The translations under genes and the position numbers were made by a program. Shown here piece after piece: positions 13,942-26,214 of a stretch of 64,000 bases of DNA. Numbering within the stretch: position 1 is the first letter of the stretch; every line of letters begins with the position of its first letter. Source of the DNA: Podarcis gaigeae (Eukaryota); the NCBI GenBank assembly GCA_964106915.2, contig OZ066919.1. One strand, 5' to 3'. The notes under the pieces are model-generated. The model did no database searches. It was not told the origin of the DNA and saw only the letters and a program-made list of their open reading frames with translations.

Positions 13942-16902
13942 GCTACCCAGCCCAGCCAATGGAACAAAGAGCTCTTCAGCAAATACCTCCTCAGCTTTTG
14001 CAGCATGGACAGCAGCAGCAGCAGCAGCCACCCACACCTCAACAGACACAGTCTCAGCAGCAACAGATGATGATGATGCTCATGATGCAGCAAGACCCTA
14101 AATCTGTCAGGCTTCCTGTTTCCCAAGGTGTCCATCAACCTAGAGGCCCTCTGAATGTAGACTCACAAAGAATGTCAATGCAGCAGGGGGGCAACATGTC
14201 GGTGATGGTTAATCTTCAAGGTCCTGGTTCAGTGCCTCAATCTCCTGACAAGCAAAGGATCCCAATGCCAAACAACCAGCCTCTTGTGAACAGTGCACGA
14301 AAGATGGTTTACCCAGATAATGCACAGAATCCAACCAGCTCTCCACTGGGAGAAGTTTCATCAGTGCCCTCTGTTTCAGAAGGAAATGGGCCTGAAGTCC
14401 CTTTAGCATCTGGGCCTCAAAATAATATAGCACCCCACTTAGTAGTTTCACAAAACCAGTTAATGATGGCAGGGCCAAAACCTGGACCTTCTCCAATGTC
14501 AGCTCCCCAAGGTACAAGCCCTCAGCAGCAGTCTAATTCTCTTACTGGCCCTCACCCGCATCATTTTCAGAATGTTCCTACCACATCACAAACATCGAGA
14601 CCCAAAACTCCAAACAGGGCAAGTCCGAGACCATATTATCCACAGACTCCCAATAACCGTCCACCAAGCACAGAGCCATCAGAAATAAGTTTGTCTCCAG
14701 AGAGGCTCAATGCTTCTATTGCAGGCCTCTTTCCTCCTCAGATTAATATTCCTTTGCCTCCCAGGCCCCATCTTAATAGAGGATTTGATCAGCAGGGTCT
14801 TAATCCAACCACTTTGAAGGCTATTGGGCAAGCACCCTCAAATCTTGCAATGAATAGCCAATCAAGTTTTGTTTCACCACAAGCACATAAGTTGGACTCC
14901 ATGGCTATTAATTCAGGAAAGCAAACCAATGCTTGTGGGGCAAAGCGTGCCAGTCCAAGTAACAGCAGAAGGTCCAGTCCTGGATCCAGTAGGAAAACAA
15001 CACCAAGCCCTGGGAGGCAGAACTCAAAGGCAACCAAGTTAGGTTTGACATCTCAGCAGAATCCAGGGCTCTTGCAAAACATAGATTTACAAAGAAGTAT
15101 GATGGTTGGTCCAGCCTCTTTGCAAATGCCTACGCCTGGAGGTTTTCAGAATAATGGTATGATAGCTGCCCAGAATCCTGCAATCCCTGTATCAGTCATG
15201 AGTGGTATTCCTGAGGATAATAAAGATGGCTTTAGCGCCCCCCAAGAGAGTGTGTGCCAGAATATGCAGGTTGCCCCAGTGAACAAAGATCAGCGCAACA
15301 TTGAGCTGAAAGGCGTTCCCAGCCAAGAAATTAAAATACTGGTCCATGAAGAGCAACAGAAGAGGGAGGTCCCTCCTATAGAATCCAACAAGCTTCCCAG
15401 TCTGGAAGAAAACAAGAATCTTATCTCTCCAGCTATGCGGGAGGCACCAACATCCTTAAGTCAACTTCTTGACAATTCTGGGGCTCCTAATGTTACCATT
15501 AAACCTCCTGGTCTCCCTAGCCTTGAAGTGCCTCCACCAGTGACTTATGCAGATGAATTCAAAAAGATTGCTGCCATTCCTCCTCCCCAACAGGAGCCTC
15601 CTTCTAGTAAAGACTCTGTCTGTTCCCTAAGTTTACCTGCAAATACTGAAGCCTGTTCAACTCAAGTGCAACAAGATCTGGGTGACATAAATTCAAGTGT
15701 TTCCCAGAATATTTCTCCAGTAATACAGAGGCCTGTTAGCTCTGCTTCTATTTCTACATCACTCCCACCCAATCAGATAACAGTATTTGTAACTTCCAAC
15801 CCTATTACATCATCATCTAACACGCCTGCATCATTGCCCTCTCATCTACAGTCTACATTAATGCCTGCTGTCGTCACCATGCCTAGTGTTGGCAATAAAG
15901 TTATTGCTTCTGAAGGACAAACAACAGTTCAGTCCAATGCTCGGCCTCAGTTCATTACGCCAGTTTTTATAAATTCATCCTCAATAATTCAGGTTATGAA
16001 AGGATCCCAGCCAAGTACAATTCCTGCAACCCCAATGACTTCTAATTCTAATTTAATACCACAGTCTGTTGCAGTTGTTGGCCCTTTGCATTTGTCCCAG
16101 AATATAAAATTCTCATCAGGGCCTGCTCCTCCTTGCTCGTCTTCTAATACTCCTATCTCAAGTATACCAACAAGTCGGCCAGTGGTTATTAATTCATTGC
16201 CATCTCCTCTTCAGCTTCCTTCTCCCTCATTAATGGCTCCTTCAAGCACTTCTCCGCATCCTTCCATTCAGCAAGTCAAAGATTTCAACCCAGAGGAGTT
16301 AAGTTCTCAGACGTCAACATCTGATTCAAATGCTGAAGCAACCTCACAGCCTGGAGCTGTGGTCTCCCCATCTGGTGATCAGAGCCCTGGATCTTCTGTC
16401 AACAGACGAAGTCCAGTTTCATCTACAAAGGGAAAAGGGAAGGTGGACAGAATTGGTCAGTTTTTACTGACCAAAGCATGCAAGAAAGTCACAGACTCAG
16501 TTGACAAAGGGGATGATCAATACGGTGTGGAAGGAGAAGTGGAAGGTCAAGGACAAGACATTTCAATCATCAACAGTCTGGAAATGGAACAGTTACCAGT
16601 AGAACTAGAAGACAATATAGTGGCCTCTCCGGGTCCCACTCTTTTGAAACAAAGCACTTCCGGAACTGGCCATTTAAGTGCTAGTACTACTGCCGCTGTT
16701 TCTGCCTCGGTATGTCTAAGTTTACCAGGTAACACTCCATCCACTAACGTTCTTTCAGTTGTAACCACTCCAGTGATCTCTGACATCCTAACCACAATTC
16801 CAAGCACTAATGGTAACACCTGCAGTTTACCTGCGGAGCAGGTTGGGATTGGACCAGAAGATGAGAAAACAGAAGACCATCATGAATCGCCACAGAATAA
16901 GG
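13942..16902 (+). CDS. NCOA6: NCOA6 giant coding exon (2961 nt); polyQ, S/T-rich region, LxxLL-2 (LSQLL, 15456-15470)
   Basis: Within ORF 13899..16916; acceptor tatctctatag|, donor G|GTATGT; conserved SRPKTPNRASPRPYYPQTPNNRPPSTEPSEISLSPERLNASIAGLFPPQ and REAPTSLSQLLDNSGAPNV. Confidence 0.96.
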
Positions 16903-17187
16903 GTATGTACTCATAAACATATTGAGCTGTTATTCCATTCACTCTGTCACCAAGAATCCAATTCTGCAAATATGAATTAAGGATGGGTCATGGTGAAGAG
17001 GAGGGAGTTGTGTGTGGGCATGTGTGTGTGTGTTGAGGCCTAGAACAGTAGAACTGGAACAACTGGAAGAAGGAATCTCTTACAATAAGCTCTGTTTCTC
17101 AAGTTAATGTAACAATACAATATTTAAACATTGCTTTAAAAAGCATTTTAGTCAAAGTATTGCAAATTCCTCTGATCAAAGATTGAG

Positions 17188-17297
17188 CAAAACAAAAAAA
17201 ATTGCTTCCAGTAGCACCTTAAAGACCAACTAAGTTAGTTCTTGGTATGAGCTTTCGTGTGCCTGCACACTTCTTCAGATACACTTCTTATCTGTAA
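17188..17297 (-). mobile_element. Penelope-like element 3' fragment with minimal hammerhead ribozyme (17245-17282)
   Basis: 11-bp direct repeat CAAAGATTGAG at 17177-17187 and 17298-17308; minus strand reads GTAT-CTGAAGA-A-GTGTGC-AG-GCACAC-GAAAGCTC-ATAC. Confidence 0.8.
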
Positions 17298-17996
17298 CAA
17301 AGATTGAGAGTTAGTAATGATAGCAGTGCAATAGCATTTGAATAACGTATTGAACAACACTATTCAAATGATGAATTCTGTTCTAGAGTGTAATCTGAGA
17401 GCGTTCCAAATTTATTGCTTCTGCAGCATAGTGGAAAGATAATGCCTCTGACTCCTCTGGTTTCTCACTTGTCTCAGGTTCATTTGTCCTCTGTAACAAG
17501 TAAAATAATGTGATGTGTATTTGAAAATACATACCTCTGATGAACAAAGTAACATATGAAGAAAGCTAATCCAAATGTTCCATAGATACTGGGGATATTG
17601 GAAATGTCTGCTTTTATACTAAATTTTGTAAATAAACCGAACACTATAATAATGGATCAAAGTGAAATCAGTGCATAGAATTGGCATTCCATAGCATCCA
17701 TGTTTATACAATAGCTTTTTCCCCCATTGCTTAAACAAGATACTAAGAAGGCCTTAAATGCTTTGAGGGGGGGGATTTTGTTTTATTGTTTTCAGATACT
17801 TTTGTCTCCTTGACTTATTGGGCTATCAATGATATACCTTTAGTTTTCTGCTTGGCATAGGGTTTTCCACTTTGGGGACATTCATATCTTGCAGTGTGAT
17901 ACAGAACAGTCTGTATTTTCCAGATATTTGTATTCCTTGTTTGTATTTCTTAACACTGAAAAGTGCATTGGTAGCTTCTTATCTATCTTGTTTCAG

Positions 17997-18050
17997 CCTC
18001 TTTATCCCAGACTCCAATTGCAACACCAGAAAGTAGTGTTCAAAGAACAG
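17997..18050 (+). CDS. NCOA6: NCOA6 small coding exon (54 nt)
   Basis: Acceptor tcttgtttcag|, donor CAG|GTATGT; reads (A)SLSQTPIATPESSVQRT; phase 1-1. Confidence 0.8.
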
Positions 18051-19217
18051 GTATGTTTTCCCTTAGACTAAATAGCATATATGTTTATAGGGAAATATAT
18101 ATATGTGCATAAAACTCTTCCCTGTATTTTATGTTACCTGCAAGATGGAGTTTTAATTTATATTGAAAGAAATACTGTATGTAGTCACAGTATTACACTG
18201 AAGAGTTCAAAAATAATGTATCACATGGACACTGTTTTGACACTGGTCAGAGCAAAGGGAGTGTACTGCAATAGTTTGCAGCTGTATTAGTTTTGGATTG
18301 TTTATGCACAAATTATTTTAAAATCAGCAATAAATTTAGGAGTTATGGGGATGAGATTAGAAGCAGTTTATCACAAGGTAAAGAAAAACCTGAATTAAGT
18401 TGGTTATGTCTGCTGTTTGGGGTGAGGAGCAATATGCATTCTGTTTTTCAGAGGATGATCTGGGGAACACTATCTGATCTCATCTCAAGTGATCAAGCTC
18501 CATAATAAAACTGGCAGCATCTAGCAATATGGACATTGCAGTTACACTCAAAATTCAAAGCTAAATGTAACAGTGATAAAACATTACAAGTTGAAAGCAT
18601 GCTTTCTTTTCTTTAAAAGTAGGTAAATGTATTCTAGTGAACCGTCAGCTTAACACACATTTAACTAGTGCACATTCAGCTTTAAGTGCGGGGCAAAAAT
18701 AAAAAATTAAAACATCAGGAAGGGGGTGGGGGTTTCAGGAAAAATGACTTTGGCAGTCCCACCTCCCCTTGAACCCAATGGGTTTTGACTATACTATACA
18801 TGATTTTGGCTTTAGGTATGATCCCTGGAACGTAACGCCTGCATAAGTTGCAGGCTTACTGTACTACACTTTGATTAAAAGTTGACAGGGTTGCACTTCA
18901 TCTGATCTCTGCTTAGTTTATAGCAGTTACTTAGACAGGGAATGGGAGTTGGTAGGGGCAGAAGTGTTGCAAAGATGATCTGGTGAATTGTGCATATCAG
19001 GCCCATTGAAGTCTGAAGTGACCTCCATTTCCTTAGATCAAGAATTATGTGATACATGATGAGGCTACTAATATCTACTTAGATTTTTCATGATGAAATA
19101 TTGCTAGTATTATACCTATCACTTATTCTCAGAGTAGCAGTTAGATTTCTTAATGATACCCATTTTCTTTTCTATATGCTTCAGCAGTAGAGTAACCCCT
19201 CCATTTATCTGTTTCAG

Positions 19218-19257
19218 AACTGGAAGCAAATTCTGCAATTATTTCTGGCCTGGTTAC
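19218..19257 (+). CDS. NCOA6: NCOA6 micro-exon (40 nt)
   Basis: Acceptor tctgtttcag|, donor |GTAAGT; reads (E)LEANSAIISGLV(T); needed to convert phase 1 to phase 2 before the 20116 exon. Confidence 0.85.
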
Positions 19258-20115
19258 GTAAGTAATTCACTATGGAATGATAGTAAAGGAGAAATAATTT
19301 CTGTTCTTGGTTTATGTAGAAATGTGTATTACATAACTTTAAAGCGTTATGTAATTTCTCTCTCCTTGGCCTTGTAGAAATCTGCCTAACACAGAGGAAA
19401 AGTGCAAACTGGTGGCTGATTCCTGCAAAGACTTGCATGTGAACCTAATTTAGCATCCTGCATTTATTTCAGTTAGTGACATAGGTTAGGGCTCCTATGA
19501 AAGCAAGAATGCATCTTCCCAGGGTGTGCTAATTGTATCCAACGTTAGTCCTACGCAGAGCAGATCCATTCAAGTTAATAAGCATGCCTTTCTTAGGTTC
19601 ATTAATTTCAGTAGGTCTACGAGTAAAATTTAGCTAGATAGAATCCATTCTGTTAAATAGCCTAACACTCATAATTATACCTTTCAGTCAAATGTACTGA
19701 ACTATAGAGTCTTCCCCTAGACTGGACCAAAACATCTAGGACTAAGGGCTGAACGTTCCCCCTTTGGTTCCTTTCTCAAAAGACCCAAATTCATCTTGCC
19801 TGGCTTTTCTGTGGCTTTTCTGTGGCAAGAGCATTTTGTTTCCAAATAATGATACTTGACATCCCTTCTTTTTAAAGAGGAATGTAGTTTCTGGACACTA
19901 GTCCTGGCACTGTGTTCCATATGTTCAAATGACCGGACCTATGTTTTTATTTATAAAAGTAGCTCTGTTCTTGGTTCCTTGTATTGTCACCTACTAATAT
20001 TTCTTGAAGCATACAAAGCAAGAAACTTTAGTGCTGATGTTGCAAGGCTATCTTCCTGTTTTTCTTGTACCATGAATTGTATGTTAACACACAGCTCTTG
20101 TATCACTTTTATCAG

Positions 20116-20264
20116 AAATGAGCCGAAGGAAAGCTGCGAAAAGGCTAAAACTCCAAGCAGAAGAAATTCAAGGACTGAGGAATCTTCAGCAGTACAGGAG
20201 ACTGTAGAGAATGGGCAGCGCAAGAGGTCCTCCAGACCAGCATCAGCATCCAGCACTGCAAAAG
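20116..20264 (+). CDS. NCOA6: NCOA6 penultimate coding exon (149 nt)
   Basis: Acceptor cttttatcag|; reads NEPKESCEKAKTPSRRNSRTEE...VENGQRKRSSRPASASSTAK; donor AAG|GTAAGA. Confidence 0.93.
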
Positions 20265-20873
20265 GTAAGATGCTCAGTTGCGTTCACCCAGTATGTTCCC
20301 TTTGGCTTAGAGTTAATTTAATGAGGTGTCAAAATTATAGAACTAGGAATGAAAAGGAAACAATTTTATTGCATCCATTTATTGTTTTTTTACCTTTCTC
20401 TTCTCCATTCTGAAGGTCTTCTAAAATATTATATGCAGTGCCCATTAACACAGCAAATACCTTGAAAAGTCACTTTGCAAATCTTAAATAGATGGAATAT
20501 TTAAGGATTAGAAGATATTTTCATTCTAAAATATGAAAGGCAGAAGACAGAACCTTGTCTCTCTCTGCAAAATTGGTTTTGCAGATGAATGAATTTACTT
20601 ATACTGTTCATGCTTGTCTGTAGACATCAGTATACATGAAAGCAAACTGTGCTGTTGCATCAGGTGTTCCCCAGCCTGGTGCCCTCCAGACAGGGCCAGT
20701 CCACCTGTGAGGCAAGGTGTAAGACCATTTTCTGAGAACTTAGTAGACTGACTAGACAAACCTTAAAACAGAAAATATTAGTATGAGTAATACAGCATGA
20801 TCCCCTTCTCCCTCTAGTTTATTTTTTATTTGTTTAATTAATAATCTTCCAAACTGCTTTCACCCCCCAACAG

Positions 20874-20920
20874 AAACAAATGCAAGTGTTATGCAGTCAA
20901 AAAGAAGAAAATCCAAATGA
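20874..20920 (+). CDS. NCOA6: NCOA6 terminal coding exon with stop codon
   Basis: Acceptor ccccccaacag|; reads (E)TNASVMQSKRRKSK*, matching the NCOA6 C-terminus QSKRRKSK; TGA at 20918-20920. Confidence 0.92.
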
Positions 20921-21481
20921 AGTACTGAGTGGATATTCAAGGCTTGTAAATGTGTGAATTTTTTTACCGATAGCAGTTCTGAGCTGTGATTTCTCACTAT
21001 ATATAAAAACAAACAAAAAAAAAACCTAAACAAAAACTCAAAAATTCTGTACAGTAATTAATTTTACTATGATCCTGTTCCCAGTAAATGCAAAGTTTCT
21101 TTTTTCTGAAGACTAAATGATGAGTTGGGGGAATCAGGTTATTTGTTAAATTCTCTGGTTTTATAAAGTCTATACATAGCACACTAGATTTAGCGTGTTG
21201 TAAAGAATCTGAGGAGATAATTGTAAATTTTTATCTACGTTTTCACTTTTCATAGGAGAAACTAGAGTACAGGGTTGTCATGTTTTTTTTAGATATAAAA
21301 ATGATGTATTGTGCTGTTGGTCAAGTACTGTATGTGAATAGCAGTTAAAAGGGTTATATATGGCCCAATCTTGGAAATGTAAATAGTTTTATTATATAGT
21401 AGGCTTGATGTATTTGTTGTAGAAAAGGACCAGTGGAAAAAAATGAGAGAGTTTGTGAAATGTGGATTACCTAGTGCTCTA

Positions 21482-21487
21482 AATAAA
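21482..21487 (+). terminator. Probable NCOA6 polyadenylation signal (3'UTR about 20921-21505)
   Basis: AATAAA after an AU-rich, TGTA-rich UTR (TGTAAATA at 21378), followed by a GU/U-rich tract tttgtattgtatgttattt. Confidence 0.7.
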
Positions 21488-21671
21488 TGTCATCGATCTA
21501 TAATTTGTATTGTATGTTATTTAACACCAGCATCCTTTTACATTGGGTATGGGTTACTGGGGAGTTCAGGGACAACATCAGTAAGAGAAGTGCTTTCTAG
21601 TTATGCAACCTCAGTAACTTGTTAAGCTATGTTTTTTAAAAATATGAAGCAGCCGAACTCCTTGGTATCAT

Positions 21672-21787
21672 TCTGTTGTTTGTTGTTTAGTCGTTTAGTC
21701 GTGTCCGACTCTTCGTGACCCCATGGACCAGAGCACGCCAGGCACTCCTGTCCTCCACTTCCTCCCGCAGTTTGTTCAAACTCATGC
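21672..21787 (-). mobile_element. RTE-BovB LINE 3' end, 5'-truncated
   Basis: tcgtgtccgactcttcgtgaccccatggac is the BovB 3' motif, with a (CAA)-type tail; TSD TGGTATCAT at 21663-21671 and 21788-21796. Confidence 0.85.
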
Positions 21788-23360
21788 TGGTATCATAGGG
21801 CAGATCTATTCAAATCTCTTGTCCTTCACTGTCTTTGTTACTCCTTCCTTTACTTGGTTCACTTTCAACCAGGCTTGTGATGTGTGGAACCAAGGATATA
21901 GGTCTAGAGGAATGTTTCCCAAACTTGGGTCTCCAGTTGTTTTTGGACTACAGCTCCCATCATCCCTAGCTAGCAAGACCAGTGGTCTTCAGAGTAATAC
22001 TGTATACGTGACCATTTTCTGTTGGTTGTTGAGTGTTGGAACACTAGCTGAGCTATATCCCGTGTTTTGAGAGTGGAGGCTCCTTCTCAGGAATCCTTTC
22101 TTTCTGGGAACATTTAAAGCAGTGGTGACCAATGTGGAACTCTCCACATGTTGTTGGACTATAACACCCATCATTCTCAGCCAGCATTGCCAGTAGTCAG
22201 AAATGATGGGAGTTGTAGTGCAACAAAGTCTAGAGGGCATCACATTAGCTCACCATGCCTTAAAAGTACACTTCAGGACTATGTGCCTCTGCTCCTCTCA
22301 CTGATCTTCCTGTCCTCATGCATGTAACAAAATTAAACTCTCGCAGTAGATGTGTTATGCTTTACTCCTTTATACAAATAATATCTTCTGCAAGAGTTGG
22401 AAACAGAATTGTAGATTATCATGGTCACATTAATTCTGCCTGTCTCTTGTCCCAGTTGGGTCTAACTCCATTTTGCTGGGTTTTGTAGTGCTTCAAGCAA
22501 TTCCTAGGGGAAACTGAAATAAATTCCCTGAAGTAGAACTAGCATTTTTGAAATGTATATGTGTACTACTCGTGTGTGGTTGTTGTGAGCATCTGCTGAG
22601 CAGTGATCATTGCAAGTTAAAAAGTCTCTCTTCCCCACCCAAAGCATTCTTAAAACTGTGAATAGAAGTGTGTTTAAAAAGGAAAAAGTGAAATCTTAGC
22701 ATATATCTGCTACTATCAAGGAATGTTCATGAATATTTTCATGCTTGGCACATGGTAAAGTACTCTTTGTTCCGTGGCAAGGCAGCTCACAACACATGGG
22801 AAAAGATAGCAAAGCAATAGAGGCCCATATGCAAATGGAAGGTGCGTGGAGGCAATGTGGAAGTAGAATGGTGTGCAAGGACTTGGCCATGTAAATATGC
22901 AGAGAAAGCTTTAGCTCAGGTTCCATTATTTTTAGATCCGTAGCCCACCCATTCAGAAAGGTTCATTTCATTTTGATCTCTATTTGGTTGGCATGTGAAA
23001 TCCTGCGCAAATTAACCAGTATGTATCTGCTTTCTCTTCCTGGGTCTCAATTGCCAAATGGCCCAATTGCCAAACCAACAAGAGAAATGTCAGCTGGTTT
23101 ATTCCAGCTGTAGCCACTAGGATTAAATTGGCTTGTATTGAAGTGTTTCCTCAAGTTTATCCCCTTTATAAAACCACATAACGTCTCATTCATGCAGGGT
23201 TTCAGATATCTCGAGAGTTTGCTATAAACACTGATAGAATGGAGGCTTTATTAAACAAATTTTCTTAAGTGGGGCATTTGACTAATTAGAAGTCTTATAT
23301 CACTGTGTCATGTATTTTAAGAAATCCAGTAAACACATCGGTTATGGTTTAAATATATTT

Positions 23361-23366
23361 TTTATT
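23361..23366 (-). terminator. Candidate distal polyA signal for TP53INP2
   Basis: On the minus strand: several TGTA motifs upstream, AATAAA, a CA about 15-20 nt downstream, then GU-rich gatgtgtttact. Other minus-strand AATAAA hexamers exist closer to the stop. Confidence 0.4.
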
Positions 23367-23996
23367 TCTTGTCCCACCCCTACCCCCAAAAAGAGGACAC
23401 CATTACAGTCTAACAATCAAAACCATATTACATACACACAGGCACACCACAGAACACTTTGAGGCAGTTGTGTCCTTTGCTCTGTCAACTCCTTGCAAAT
23501 GCCTAAACAGTACCCTACAAGCAATGGGCTTCCTCCTTCCATATACTTCTTCAGCAGGTAACAAACAAATAAGGACACATTTTGTTTAAACAAGGTATTT
23601 GTTCTATCATATAAGTGATGCGGAAAAGGTTGGTGGGCAGACTTCCATCTAGTCAACCCCTTTATTGTAAGGCATACAATAAGGATCATTGCTTAAAAAC
23701 CATGCCCCCGCTTCCCCGTCAGCAGAACAAAACAGAGAGAATAACCAGAAATGAATTTGCCTCTCTAGCATGTGCATTTGAAATGCAAAGGTTCCCCCTC
23801 ACACCTTTGGAAGTGGCATTATAACAGCAGAGAAGGGGGTAAGTGTGTTTGTGTGTCTAAAATAAAATAAATGCTTTAATACATTTTAATGGGTTTTTAA
23901 GACTAAAACCAAAACAGCACTTTTTGGTTCGAAAAGCCTTCAGAAAAGAAACAAAAGGTAGCTACCCTAATACGATTTTGACAAAAAGCTGGTGGT

Positions 23997-24152
23997 AGGG
24001 AAAGGGCTGTAGCTCGGTGGTACAGCCTCTGCTTTGCACTCTCCCAGCAGCTCCAGGTAGGGCTGGGAGAGACCCCCACCTGAAATCCCAGAGAGCCGTC
24101 AGTGTAAACTATACTGAGCAAGGTGGACCCAACAGCCTGGCTTGGTGTAAGA
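23997..24152 (+). mobile_element. tRNA-derived SINE (Squam3-like), internally deleted
   Basis: A-box head gggctgtagctcggtggta; body ctccaggtagggctgggagagacc...cctgaaa shared with 62464-62645. Confidence 0.6.
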
Positions 24153-24608
24153 ATGTGAGAATTTGAGAATGTAGCAAAGATTTTCCATGGGAAAGGTGGC
24201 TGGATCCATATTCTTTATGGTTCTATGCTGCAGAAATGTACCTAGCTCCATTGACAGGTTGCAGAAATCAGTGGTGGCTGCTTTCTACATTTTTTTTTAA
24301 AGCAGTCAAATGACTCGTTTTTGTAACCAAAATCACAATGTTTTTCTGTGACTTATGCAGGAGTTTCCTGGTTTCACAGTGTGCTTTTGTCTGGAAGCAT
24401 GATTAAAACATGGGTACAAATGGAGGAGGCCTAACCTTTCAGCATCTGGGTTTATGTATGTTCCAAGGTCGTGTAGAAGTGGAATTCCAGCAGGTATAGT
24501 TTATTGTCATGTCACAGTGCTGAAGGGGTCTAAAAACCTGCACTTGTTGAAATCCCCACCTATGTACTTGCTAAAGGTATAGATGACCTCATGTTGAAAG
24601 GTTGGCCA

Positions 24609-24646
24609 TGTATTGTATTGTATTGTATTGTTGTGTTGTGTTGTAT
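24609..24646. repeat. (TGTAT/TGTGT)n pentanucleotide microsatellite
   Basis: tgtattgtattgtattgtattgttgtgttgtgttgtat seen directly. Confidence 0.8.
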
Positions 24647-26214
24647 TTCATGTTTGTGACTCTCATCCTGAAAATTACTTATGCTGAGAACAAAGGAACA
24701 AAACTGCACCTTGCCCAAAGGCCCTTAGCTTGGTAAAATACAGTATTTATCAAATCAAGCCCTTAGTATGCTTTAAAAAAAGCCTGCAATTTTAAAACCA
24801 CCATACATATATTTGTAGCATTTAATCTGCAGCCATCTTTGTGTAGTAGGACATTAACTATGGTGGCCTGAATCAATTTGTGTCATTTCTTTGATGTATA
24901 TGTTCCTTAGAGAATAGTGAAGCCAAATCATGGGAAAGTGGGCGAGGGGCGTATGAAAGACAGATGCACAAATCTATAATAAATACAATGTGAAGATGTA
25001 TAATGCAGAAGTGAAGAAATATGAGTAGAAAGCAGGGCTGATTATAAGGAAATATTGTACCACTCAAATGCTACTTGACAGGTAAAATTAGGCTAAAATA
25101 GGAAAAGACTAGGAATGTGGTTGTTAGGTGAATAAACTATATTTTCATCATAAGGAAGAACAACTGAGGAAAGAGTTAAAATGCAGTTGGGAGACTTGGA
25201 GCCACAATCCAAATGTGGAAAGTAGTGCCTCTCATCTCTGCCTTAACATTCCCCTAGTAAATTCAGGAAAAGGGCCTAGACTAGAATACCCTTTTTGAGT
25301 CCTCTGGGTACCTTCCCCACCTTTCTTTGGCCTTGCCTCCAAGTTAGTAATCCCCTCTACCCCTGTTAACATTAATGAATCTGAAACATCCATTCCAACT
25401 GGCATCAGAAATGCAGTATATCACTAAGGAAGTTTGTTTCCTTGCACTTCAGGATGGAAGTGTGCATCCGCAACACTGTCAAAGACATATGCTGTGTCAG
25501 AAGTGTGTGCTGTTAGTTCCAGATTAGAGACGAAGTATGAAAATGTGTTTTGATGTGGACGTCCATACAGCAATGGCTCTGCAACTGTTGGGTTCCCAAC
25601 TCCCACCAGCCTCAGAGAGCATGGCCATTGAATAGAAATAAGGAGAGTTGGAGTCCAACAGCATCTCGGAGGCCATAGGTTTCCTGTCCTCACCATACAG
25701 GACACAAAGTTATGAGGGAGCTGGGTTAGGGCTGTTGTTTTTAATGGCAGTGGTGGTTCTAAATCTCTGAATGCTTTATCCAAAAGCATGTTACATGCAA
25801 CTACATGTTTACACATGGTACAGCAATTGTGATGATAATCGCATATCACAAAAAGGTGCTGTAATGTCAACACTATGGACACTCTGGGCACATTCCTCTA
25901 GCATAACCGTTTCAATCAGGTGTGTAAGATTTCCCTGCATAATTAGTAACTGGAGATTTGCCATGTGCAATCCACCTTAGACTGTTACATGGATAAGGAA
26001 CCAGATATTTTTGAACTCTGATTCCCATCATCCTGCAATCAGCATGACCAGTTGCTAGGGATGATGGGTGTTGTGCAACAATGTCCAATGCGCCACATTT
26101 CCCATCTCTAGTCTATTATTTACATTAAGATTTATTTCTTAGTTTCAGTGAGATGTCACTTTAAATAGTAAAAGGGGCGATATGGAAAATTATGTGGATA
26201 ATAATTATATATAT

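Noticed and set aside
14209-16819. Minus-strand ORFs over the giant NCOA6 exon (and similar shadows over other exons)
   Set aside because: Antisense shadows of real coding sequence.
17537-17568. CTGATGA...GAAAGCTA hammerhead-like words
   Set aside because: Intervening sequence cannot form stem II and the flanks do not form stem I; chance match.
19856-20413. 185-aa ORF as a separate gene
   Set aside because: Only 20116-20264 is NCOA6 exon; the rest is intronic read-through.
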